A stretch of 62,952 nt of DNA, counting the filler, from Stramenopiles sp. TOSAG23-6 (taxonomy: Eukaryota), in the NCBI GenBank assembly GCA_900128565.1. It is 11 parts of 11 records of this genome, joined end to end, with 100 filler letters (N's around TTAATTAATTAA, not from the genome) between each part and the next. Parts side by side here need not be neighbours in the genome. Positions count along the whole stretch, not along the records: positions 22,383 to 29,715 come from LT636573.1; positions 29,816 to 37,144 come from LT636574.1; 9 more parts are not named here. One strand, written 5' to 3'. Shown here one piece after another: positions 22,283 to 34,321 of the stretch. The stretch's first letter is position 1; each line of letters begins with the position of its first letter. Both the position numbers and the translations under genes were made by a program. A model generated the notes under the pieces. That model searched no databases. It saw nothing but the letters and a program-made list of their open reading frames with translations, and had not been told where the DNA came from.

Positions 22283-22382
22283 NNNNNNNNNNNNNNNNNN
22301 NNNNNNNNNNNNNNNNNNNNNNNNNNTTAATTAATTAANNNNNNNNNNNNNNNNNNNNNNNNNNNNNNNNNNNNNNNNNNNN
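22283..22382. other. Artificial contig spacer
   Basis: N44-TTAATTAATTAA-N44. Confidence 0.98.
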
Positions 22383-22399
22383 AAAATAACAATTGATGT

Positions 22400-24322
22400 T
22401 TAGAACGTAAAATAAATTGTGTACAAATATGTCTTGTATGTTTTGTGAAAAAATATTGAAAATTTTTTTTGAAAATTTGTTAGGTATAGAATTTTTTTAC
22501 CAAAAAAAAAAAAAAAAAAAAAATTGAAATTCATCAAGAAAACAAACATGGATATTTCGTGTAGTAAGTGAATGCCATTCTTGAAAAACATCTTTGTTGT
22601 AAAGAAAACATTGTATTTTGTGCTAATCGTTGAAATTGTTTGTTTACAAAATTATCTAATTTAAACTTGTTTTGACGAGCTATTGTTTCCGCATGATGAC
22701 GGGATTCTTCTCGAACTGCCATGATATGTATTTTGTAAAAATATTTCAAAAAAAAAATTCAGAATTTTTTATTAGGTACAAAATTTCGTATGAAAAAATA
22801 AAAAAAAAAATAAATAAAACATACATAAGCTTCTTTCTCTTCTTCTCCTTTTTTCATTTGGTTGGATAGAGCCGTATTTATAATGGCATTAACAGTATCA
22901 TCGGAATATTTGACTTTTGTAATAAAAGCATAACGAACCCATGAATGAAATGCACTTGACATTGTTTTTGATGTTTGATGATTTAATCTCATTTATTTTG
23001 GAAAAATATTTCAAAAAAAATCTTAAAAATTTTGTTAGGTACAAAATTTCGTATGAAAACCAAAAAAAAAAAAATGTAGACAAATTTTGAAATTTTGAAA
23101 AAAAAAAAACATACATTTCCCAACTACTAAACACTCGGGCTATTGTTTTTTTTCCTTTCTTCTTGTTTTCGTGTAATTTCATTTTCATAATTAGCACATT
23201 GTTGTTTCATTATTTTTTGTGTTTTTGTATATTCTCTCCAACATGTGCTGTGAAAAAATATATATATATTTTTTTTAATTGTTAGGTACAAAATTTCGTA
23301 TGAAAAAAAAAAAAATCTCAAAAAAAAAAAAAAAAAAACGTACTGACAAAAACCATACGAGTCAAACTAATTTGTTTTTGTACCCACAATCGTGTTGAAA
23401 ATCTCATCCGTGATAAGAGAGACCGTGAACGAAGTACAAACGTTTGCCATTTTTGCCATGATTGTATCATCGATGGTGTTTTTTTACGTAAAAGAGAGTT
23501 GATTAAGGTTAATGCCAAGATTTTGTTTTTATGTTGTGTTTGAAGTTTTGCAAAATTGAGTTGTTCTTCGACGCGTTTGGTTACAATTTTATGTCTTTTA
23601 TATGCAGAATATCCTGTATTGTGAAGATATATATATATATATATATTTGTATGAAAAAAATGGTAGACAATGTATTAGTTGTACAGACATATACAAATAA
23701 ACAAAAAAACAAATAAACTTTTAGAAGAAAATTTCAAAAAAAACATTTTTAGATTTTTTTTTTGAATTTGTTAGGTACAACATTTCGTATGAAAAAAAAA
23801 AAAAAAAAACGTACAAGTCCGCCATGCCGAGGATTTACTTTTCCAAATCGTTCGTGTGATTGTTTTTTCAATTAATTCTTTTGATCTCTGCCTTTCTTCA
23901 TTTTTTGCATTCGTCGTGATATTCACCCATTTCATCCATGCAAGCATATATCCACTTCTTGTCATTACATTTATTTTGGAAAAATATTTCAAAAAAACAA
24001 TTTTGAAAAAAATTGTTAGGTACAACATTTCGTACGAAAACCAAAAAAAAAATTAAAAATTATTTCGAAAAAAAAATTTTGAAAAAAGTTGTTAGGTACA
24101 AAATTTACTATAAAAAAAAATTAAAAATTATTTCGAAAAAAAAATTTTTGAAAAAAAAATAAAACATACATGAAGATATCTTCGAACTGTGATGATTGCT
24201 TTACGTTTTTTTTCTATAATTTTCTTCCATGATAACAATATTGTTTTTTTGAATATTTGTCGATGTGTTGAAAATAGTTTATTTACAATTTTTTGTTGTA
24301 TTGAACTACCTTTCATTTCCAT
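22400..24322 (-). CDS. Intron-rich gene fragment with Trp-periodic (Sfi1-like) repeats; possibly a pseudogene
   Basis: LLSWKK, AWMKW, SAWRT, SWQKW, FVSWRE, VFSSWE, AFHSWV across ~7 exons; one junction gives TGA. Confidence 0.45.
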
Positions 24323-24517
24323 GTATTTTGAAAAAATATTTCAAAAAAAAAAACTTAAATTTGTTAGGTACAAAATTGAAATATTCACTCATTTAAAGAA
24401 ATTAAATCAATATAAATTAATAAACATTTTGAAAAGTAAAAATATATCATCATAAATGACTATTTTATTTGCAAATAAAAATCAATCAGATGTAACGAAC
24501 AACACAAAACATTCATT

Positions 24518-27500
24518 TCAACATTCAAATTCAAAATTAGAATCAGAATCAGAATCAGAATCAGAATCATGTATTATAATTACATCTGATTCAGAGTAAT
24601 TTTTTGGTTTTGGGTTTGATGTTGATTTTTGTCTTTTTCGTGGTTCTTCTGGCGATGCTTCTATGGCTTTTCTTTTTTTGTTGTTTTCTTTTGGTTTTGG
24701 TTTTGATGTTGATTTTTGTCTTTTTTGTGGTTCTTCTGGCGATGCTTCTATGGCTTTTCTTTTTTTGTTGTTGTCATTTTGTTTGGACAGGTTTCTGTCT
24801 TTTCTAAATTTATCAATTTGTTTTATTTTATTCTTCATGCTTTTACTTCTAGGGTTTCGATAACGACCAAGTGCATCAAGGAACACTTGGTTGCCATTTT
24901 TAAATATTTGGGTCCAAGGTAATTCAATTCTGATAGTCGACCAATTTTTTCCATATTTTTCAGCATAGTCAACTATGTCGCTGTAATTTTCGATCGACCA
25001 TTTGTGATGACGTGGTACTTCTACTAATTTAAGATTGCGAGCCTTCTTAGCCAAAGCTCTATCAGACTTTTCCTTCAGGAAAGGATATTTCGTATTTTTT
25101 TTAAAATTCTTCCAATTATCTTTTGTACATGGTTTGAATTCCAGTCTACATAGTTCATTTTTGAAACAATTTATCTGTTTTGGAATCCAACGTTTACCTG
25201 GATTAATGTCATGGTAATCGTTAATGCGATTTCTAATTGATTTTCCATTATGTTTAGGTAATTGTATTTTCGCTAGCTTTTTCAATTTAGGCCAATTCAG
25301 CATTGAATTAGATTTGGTACATTTTTTCACTAAAGTAAAGAGTATTTTATCCTTTTCTGCGGTCCAATTTCTGTTCAAATCTTGTCGTGTTTTTATTGCA
25401 TTTAATGTATCAGCATCGTATTTTTCCTTGGTGTCTTCTTCTTTTTCTTTTTGTATTCGTTCCCTAAGACGTTCCCTAAGAATTTCGTAGGTCTTGCTCT
25501 TAATGGACTTCACTGTACGTTCATTGATGTTACCATCTGCATTAAAAGCCGGAATTATTTTTTTCCAATTACGTTTGTTGCCCATTGTATGCGATTCCAC
25601 CGCAGACATTAGTTTCGATTTTTCAGTATCAGTCCAAATATCTTCTTTATTGCTTTTCTTGACTAGACCTAATTTACTTTGTTCGATGTGTGTTAGTATA
25701 TTGTCGTGTTTGTGTCGTAAATACTTCCAATGGTTTTTGTCGTTTACATCCCAGGTTTTGAGATGACCTTTTTCTTGCATTTCCATCAAGATATACCGCC
25801 ATTTTTTTTGACGTTTAGCAGGAAGATGAGAATATTTTTGTTCAAATTCACGAATGACATTTCTTAATACTATTGTATCACTGTCGTTGAATTTCTCTAC
25901 CACGGCGGGAGCTGTGGCGGGAGCAGCGGCAGCAGCAGCATTGGCAGCGGTGAAAGCTGAATACTTAGCATATAAATGATTTTGCATCATTCTATACAAT
26001 TCAAACGGGTTCTGCGGATATTCTTCCTTGATTACGATAGTATTTAAAGCAGTGTCAAACCGTATCGGAGACATATCTTCAGTGAATGCAGGGTCAAAAT
26101 AATCTGTTTTGTAATCATGTAACCCTGACCCAATTAATCCGAACAGCAGACAACTACAGCATAAGTAGAATTGTCCATTCAGAGTCAAATCATGCAAGCT
26201 CACTGGTTTGAAGTGATCCCACTGTCCACTTTTGACACCTCTACGTTGACTTTCATATCGTTGGAAAATATAAAAGTCGAACGCATTCACTTGCACACCA
26301 TCGACTTTCATACCCATTGTATAAAGGTTGGCATAAGTTCGAAATCTCTCCTCCTCCATTGCTTGTCCAAATGGAAGGTCTTGTATTTCCCATACAGGTA
26401 TAGAACTATCAACGCATTGTTTCATTCTCGCTTTTTTAGCACGAATTAGGACTTTATTTGATAAAAACGTTGTATAATCGGATTTCATCTTTATTTTTTG
26501 TTTTTCAGACAAGTTTTTCCACCATTTTTTGTAATCGTATAATGTGCTTTTGTCTTTTGGTGAAAGTCCAGGAATCTGAGGTATTTTATCACCACCATCA
26601 ATATTACATATACTGTACGAATCATGGCGTCCCTGTGGCAGATTAACTACTTGGGCAGAACCAGATTGACCAGTATCAGATGTATGTCGTGTTTCTTGTT
26701 TTTGATTATTTTTATCTTGTGTTTCTTGTTTTTGATTATTTTTATCTTGTGTTTGTTGTATTTGATCAGATACATTTCGTGTTTCTTGTTTTTGATTATT
26801 TCTTAATACCTGTGTTGTGAAAGATACATGGATGAAAAAGTTAGATACGATTAAACGAAATAAAAATCAGCATGCATACATTATATATATATCACTTACA
26901 TGTAGTGTGAAAAATATATTTTTATTAAATTTTTTAGGTACAAAATTTCGTATGAAAAAAAATCCTCAAAATTTAAAATTATTCAACTAGTTTTAAATCG
27001 TTAGATACGAAATTTCGTAGCAAAAAAAAATTAACCATGAAAACATACAATAGTTTGATCATCTCTGATAATATTCCCACAATTTATTAATTCTACCTGG
27101 ATACGACAGATCATCCAATCTTTTTGTTCACAATTAGAATTTAATCCTAATTGTTTACAAGCTTCTTTAAGTTCTGCTTCATTTGCATCATTCAAAACTG
27201 ATGTTACAGATGTCAAAGTTCCGCGGAGATTCCAGAGGTCTTTTGGCCTACTACTACTACTAGTATGATTCGCGACATGTAATTGTTTTTTTGAGATTTG
27301 ATCAGAAGATTTAGAAGAATTAATCATCGGTTGACACTCAATTTCAGTACTTACTTTAAAATTAAATATACTTTTAGGACTCGTATATTTTGTCAGAAAT
27401 ATTTTTTTTCAAAAAAAAAAACTGTTAGGTACAAAATTTTCTACGAAAAAATAACAAACAAATTCAAAATTTTTTTTTCGAAAAAAAACTGTTAGGTACA

Positions 27501-29325
27501 AAATTTCCTACGAAAAATTAAGAAAAAAATTGAAAACGTACATCAGAGTCGGGTACATCAGAGTCGGGTTTATTTTCCAATCGCTGTATTGTGAAAAAAA
27601 ATAAATTTTTAAACAGTTTAGTACAATATTTTTGTCAAATAATTAATAATTGAAGTGAATGATGCAAAAACAAACTAAAAAAAATTAAATTCATTATGAA
27701 AACGTACATTAAGAGGTGTTTTCGGATCTGTTGAAGAGGAACCATTTGCAATTATTTGAGAACAATTTCCCGCAGCAAGACTACTTGCTACGTTGTACGT
27801 ACGATTTTGACAGACACTTTGACGAGGTCTCAATTTAGAATTTATATGTCGACGAATTGTAGTAAGATTACGTGTAAATGCTTCGCGATCATCAAAACGT
27901 AGTCGAATAGAAATATGAGAGTTATCTTCACTAAGTAGAGTGCTTAGATTTGATAGAATAGGATTTGATAACGAAAAGTCGTTATGACGAAGTATTATAT
28001 CAATCTCTCTATTTTCTTTAGACCATTCAAGATATGCAATATCATGTGTTGTGAAAAAATACAAAATCACAAAAACAATCGTTAGGTACGAAATTCCGTA
28101 CGAAAAAAAAATTAAAATTAAAATTGAAAAAAAAAATAAACCATACATCAAAATAATTTAGAGCGGGTAGTCCATTCCTTAGTTCAAAACGACAAGAACT
28201 TGACGGTACAAAATACAAATCAAAAGTACCAAAATGAGCATGACATTCTTCAATTGTAACGTCTTCTTGACAATTTTTTGATNCAAATATCGGAGTTGTT
28301 GAGTTTTGTGTGCAAATGTTTACAGCATTACAATGTACAACAGAAATATCATTTTTTGAAATATTGGTATTATGTACGAAATCATAAATACCACATTCCT
28401 TATTTTGGATTTCATCTTTTTGCGAATCATATAATTTGACAATTTGAGAACCAGGATTGAATTCGATAGATTGACCAGCAGTATCCATATTCATTGAATT
28501 TTGAAATAAACATAAAATATCTTTTTTTTGGCATTTACTGGATTGTCCTTTAGTCATTGGAAACATCTGAAGACAAAGAGTACAAATGAGAAACGCTACT
28601 CGAAATTGGAGGGTCACATTTGTAGTAGAGAATAGTAAGGAACTCAAGTTAATCAATAAGTTGCTACATTCCACGTGAGTCTCTGATCTTTGTTTGGCTA
28701 TTTCGTTGGTATTGTATATAGATCCTACTTTGAGAAATGTATTTATATCAATCGTAATACCACCTGTAGTCTCAGCATAAAGTTGAAGTTCCGAATTGAT
28801 TTGCTCATGCTGGGATAAAGTTGTATGTTCGGTGATCTTCTCTGTATGTTCAGCCTCCATTTTTGATTTGGAGAGAAAACATAAACCATTTGTAAGTAGT
28901 CTGGCGAGTTCAGTCACAACATCGCGATCATGGCTTTGTCTCACATCCAAGTGAAGGTATGAAAAAATTTCGCTGACAGTCAAGATTGCCGAAGCAACTT
29001 GATTGTTAGGCTTTCCACCCGAAGCAACTTGATTGTTAGGCTTTCTACAAAGAATTATTTTGAGAAATTCGACAAGTTCATCAACGAGACCACGTAGTCC
29101 ATTTACAACAAAACGCTTGGTATTTTTACCAACTTTAATAGAATCAATCATTGATTGTACGATCTCTCTTCCTAATTTGGCAATCCATGGGATGTCACGT
29201 TCTGCGTTGTCAAGAGATGAAACAGACTCTGTTATTTCTCTGAGAGCCAAAGTAGCAGCAACAACGTTAGCTACGGCCTCTCTTTTGGCTGCTTCTTCTC
29301 TTGGATTATGAAACCATTCAGACAT
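24518..29325 (-). CDS. Multi-exon nuclear protein: unknown N-terminal domain, SAP-like motif, large last exon with several Myb/SANT repeats
   Basis: NEAELKEACKQLGLNSNCEQKDWMICRI; WTDTEKSKLMSAV...NWKKI, WTAEKDKILF...NWPKL, WSIENYSDIV...NWSTI. The ORF stays open from 26809 to 24518 and is in phase with the upstream exon ending at 27049. Confidence 0.7.
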
Positions 29326-29715
29326 TTTAAAATTTAAAAGAAACGCTATTTTCTTATTATCTCTTGTTAGACTAGTCACACCAATCGATCAAAAGTATAG
29401 AAAAAATTTGACATTCGAAAAATTTCTGTAATATCTTGGACTTATTATTATTTTTCGTGTACTGTAGTAATTTTGCCATTTGTTTTTCGTGTTTTGTGCG
29501 ATGATAGACTACAATCGAATCTAAATCTCAAGAGACTGTGTCTACCCTGAACTAGAAGTAATCTTTTACTCTCTAGATGAATGTTTTATAGTTCAGTATT
29601 CTTCACAGTTAAACATATGCAGGGGTAACCTATTGTTTATATTACGTTATCATTCCCTTAATAGAATGAGCAACGTTTCTCCAACACCATTCTGTGATCG
29701 ATTTGGACCACTTAT

Positions 29716-29815
29716 NNNNNNNNNNNNNNNNNNNNNNNNNNNNNNNNNNNNNNNNNNNNTTAATTAATTAANNNNNNNNNNNNNNNNNNNNNNNNNNNNN
29801 NNNNNNNNNNNNNNN
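29716..29815. other. Artificial contig spacer
   Basis: N44-TTAATTAATTAA-N44. Confidence 0.98.
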
Positions 29816-29853
29816 AAATGGATAAAAAAAATATTATGGTTATATTATATATA

Positions 29854-29895
<42 letters not shown>

Positions 29896-30352
29896 CATGA
29901 TGAATTTCAAATTTATTTTTACAAAAAAAAAAAAATCATAATTTTTTTTCAAATCCAACAAAAATAATAATATAATAATATATTGAATATAATTGATCAA
30001 AGCAAGTTCAAATTGTGCATTACTAATTTACTATTCTTATTCCCTATACATACTATATACAATATATTAGCATCGTTGTCCGGAACCGGGTACCTGTATT
30101 TGACCAATTTCTCAAAATCTCAAAACCTCAAAAAAATAGGTCAAAATTACAAAATTAGGGTTAGGGTTGATAAAAACAACACGAAATATATGGAAAAAAC
30201 ATGAAAAAAATGAAAAACTCGAGAGATCTCACAAACTCTACCTCGGTCTCTTTCTCTACTAAAAACAACAACAACACACACACACACAATATTACACCAC
30301 GGGGGCGCAAGCAACAATCATTTCTTCATATTGCTAATTTGTGTGTGTGAAC

Positions 30353-33031
30353 ATGTCAAATACTTTGTTAGAACGATGCCGTAGAACATTACAGGATAGA
30401 GATGAGGGGTGTAAGCTTTTATCTGAGGAATTGATGGAAGTACCAGAGACTCAAAAAGATAAAGTGAAGCAGGAGCTTCGTGTCGCTGCGTACATTTCGT
30501 TTATTCAGAAACAGTGTAGTGATCTATTATCTCTTTTCAAGGACAAAGATGGATTCCGACGAGCTGAAATCAAAACCATGTCCAAGGGTGATATTATAGA
30601 ACAATTTTATGCTCGTTATGGTGTCAATTCTTGTTATCATAAGAAACATCCAAGTATAGCGCCTGAGCAGTCTCTCCAAGATCGTCTGAACGTACTCGTT
30701 AACAAGTCTTTCATGAAGTTTTCAGGTGAAGAAAAGTATGGAAAATACTTGGATTTACATCAATTCTATACTCGTTTCTTAAATATGTCGGAGTTTGACC
30801 AAACAAAGGATTTTTTTCTATCAAAAAGTGACAAGGGGAGAAAAACGAAAAAGCATAAATCGTCAAACCCAACTTCTGAAGAAACTAAGCCAACTTCTGA
30901 ACAAACAAACTTGAATAAAAAAGACACCACACTTCAAGATGATGAAAATCAGAAAGATAGTCATGATGATTCAAATGTACAGAATAGAAAAGAAATTTCA
31001 TCAACAATATCCAAATCAAAAACAACAAAAACAACAAAAACAATTTCGTATCGTCAATTTCTCGATTTATTTTATATATTTAATCATGTAAATGTGTGCT
31101 ATCGTACGGGACATACTGCTACGACACGAAATCTTGTATATGCACAATATATTCATGATTTACGATATTATTTGGAACATTTTATTCAACGTGCTCAACC
31201 TGTCCTTGGTAATGATGCGAAAGATGCAATCAAACAATGGGAAAATGAATTTTCAAAAAAATGGGAAAAACAGGAAAATAACCCTAACCCTAACCCGTCT
31301 CTTAACGTTGAAATGTTACAAAAAAAAGATGGATTTATAAATGTAAACAAAATATCTACATATGATGAATTATCAGCAATGGAGACAAAAGCGATAAGAG
31401 CAGCTTTGTCCGTATATGGATTAAAAAAAGGAGGTACTCACAAACAGTGTGTACGTTTTTCAGTATGAATTTCATTTTTTTTTTCATAGTAAATTTTGTA
31501 CCTAACAATTTCAAAAAAAAAATTTGAAATTTTTTTCATAAAATTTTTTTTTCATAGTAAATTTTGTACCTAACAAAAAAAAAGAAATTTGAAATTTTTT
31601 TTCATAAAAATTTTTTTCATAAAATTTTTTTTTCATAAGAAATTTTGTANCTNACNAAAAAAAAAANTTTNAAATNTTTTTTCACAAATACATGTTGATC
31701 GATTTTGGTCCATTCGAAATTTGCATTACAGTCAATGGCCTATTGATATTTTTCAAACTTCACCAAATGCTACTACAAATGCATCAAAGTCTAATTCAAG
31801 GAAGCGAAAACGAAGACGTAAAAATAACCCTAACCCTAATACACAAAATATCAAAAATACAAAAAATGGTACAAAAAATGGTACAAAAAATACAAAAAAT
31901 GTAAAAAATGTAAAAAATTCAGCTTTTGAAATTGCACAAAATGAATATATTATTCATTTACTTGCAACAGAAATGCATCAAGAAAAACTTCGAGCAACAC
32001 GAAATCAAGTAGAGAAAAAGTTAACATTAACTTATAATGTAGGTTTTCATTTGTAGTACTTGAATTTTTTTTTTTTTTCAAAAATTTTTTTTTTTCAAAA
32101 ATTGTTTTTTTTCAAAAATTTTTTCATAGTAAATTTTGTACCTAACAATTTTTTTTCAAAATTTTTTCAAAATATTTTTGTACACTATAGGAATTGATAT
32201 CTCGACATGAAGATGAAGAGGATGCTGAACGTTTAGCAAATAAACTTGTTCAATCCGATGATGAAGACGATGAAATCATTTATAATCCTCTGAATCTTCC
32301 TTTGGGATGGGATGGAAAACCAATTCCTTTTTGGTTATATGTATGGTTTCATCATGAATTTATGAATTTATGAATTTAATTTTTTTTTTTTTTTTTTTTT
32401 TTCGTACGAAATTCCGTAATTAACAAAAACAAAATGTCAAATATTTTTTTACAATATATAAATTACATGGTTTGGGTATTGAATATAAATGTGAAATTTG
32501 TGGAAATGAAAGTTATTGGGGTCGAAGGGCTTTTGATAGACACTTTCAAGAATGGAAACATTCTCATGGTATGTACGTTTTCAATTTATCAATTTAAAAA
32601 AAAAAAATTCAAAATTTTTTTCAAAATTTTTTTTCAAATTTTTTTTCAAAATGTTTTTTTTTAAATGTATACTAACAAAAGAAACAACTAAAAAATATTT
32701 CCCACAAGACATGCGATGTCTAGGTATACCAAATACAAAACATTTTCATGATATTACAGTTATTGAAGATGCTGTGGCCCTTCATCAAAAATTATCTGCC
32801 TCTTTGGCTAAAGATTCATATAGCAAAACTATTGAATATGTATGTTTTATTTTTTTTTTCTTTACCAAAAAAAAAAAAAATCGAATTTTTTTTTTCATAG
32901 TAAATTTTGTACCTAACATTTTTTTTCAAAATTTTTTTTTGAAATATTTTTCCAAAATACATGAAGATTCAGAAGGAAATGTATTGGATCAAAAAACATA
33001 TCGCGATTTGGAACGACAAGGGTTACTCTAA
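30353..33031 (+). CDS. SF3A3: Splicing factor 3A subunit 3 (SF3a60/Prp9), 6 exons
   Basis: [75 protein letters not shown]; introns 31451-31693, 32039-32190, 32341-32459, 32573-32712, 32840-32962. Confidence 0.95.
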
Positions 33032-33516
33032 ATATTTATACTATATGATGTATTATGTAGTACAAGAAAATATTTGAAATTTGGATGAAAATATTTTTGA
33101 TGAAAAACATTTTTTTCTAGATTTTTATGTATTTTTTTTGTGAAATTGTCATTTTTCATAAATAATGAAATAAAGTTATTTGAATAATTGGTGCTACATT
33201 TTTTTGTGTTTTTTGTGTTTTTTGTTACATTGTAAATATTTTTTTTTTTATATTCAATTCTTTAATTTGATTAACCGAAAAATAATAATCGGTTTTTTAT
33301 TATACATTCAATTTTTTTATAATTTTTTTCTCCAAGAAATTAGAAATTCAAACCAGACCAGTCAAAAAATTTGTAGCCGACTCAGGTAACAAAAATCTCT
33401 TGAGATCAAACAAACAACTAACTAATATAATATATTGTATTTTTAGTGTATTATTACAGCAACGCTTTCTTCCATTTACATTGTATAAAACGCAATTACA
33501 AATTGCCTTCTGAACA

Positions 33517-34290
33517 ATGAATCTTGATCAATCTGCAACTATTTCAGGTGGTTTTCGTAAACTGTCTATATTGCTTCTTGGAAATGAAACACTAGTTCGG
33601 AACGTATTATATCGTTGGTCTGATGACTCATTACCACTCAGTTCAAGAAAAGAACAAACAGCTAGTTCTACTTTTGGCATTGAATTAAAATATAAGGATG
33701 TTCAAATTAATGGAACACAATATAGATTACAATTATGGACAACTGCTGATTCAAAACGATCATCATCTGTTAGTTTACCTCTTCTACTTGGCCATTCTGC
33801 AGTTTTCTTTGTGTATAACTTTTCTAATCAACACGACTTTGATATGTTACATAAATGGCTAAAATTAACGACAAGCAAACAAGTTCGAGATGCAAATACA
33901 CATTTTGTTGTATTATTTCAATCTCCCAAATCAGATGATGATGTTTCTTTAGCTCAATCTAATATATCTGGTAACATCAATATAAATAATGAGGACAAGT
34001 TGATTGAAAAAGAGTTTGACATTAAACAATTTTATATTGATGTTTTTCAGGATCTTTCGAAAAGTGGAATTAATAAAGCTATAGATTACATGACAAATCT
34101 TGTTGTGATGAGTAGACAAAATTGTACAACATGTACAATAAAACAAGATAAACCATTTCAAAATGAGTTAAACAAATTTAGTCATTGTCATTCGAAATCT
34201 GAAACAAAAAATTCTAATCCTACAATTGCTTCAAAATTATCAAAAGTATCAAAAAATAATGAAAACTGTAAACAATCAAACACAACATTA

Positions 34291-34321
<31 letters not shown>

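Noticed and set aside
23611-23815. TGA-to-Trp genetic code reassignment
   Set aside because: Single instance; TGA terminates clear genes such as ArfGAP and the USP30-like gene
24518-26512. Myb ORF as a nested gene or Harbinger-type transposon ORF
   Set aside because: The frame is open back to 26809 and in phase with upstream exons; no TIRs or transposase seen
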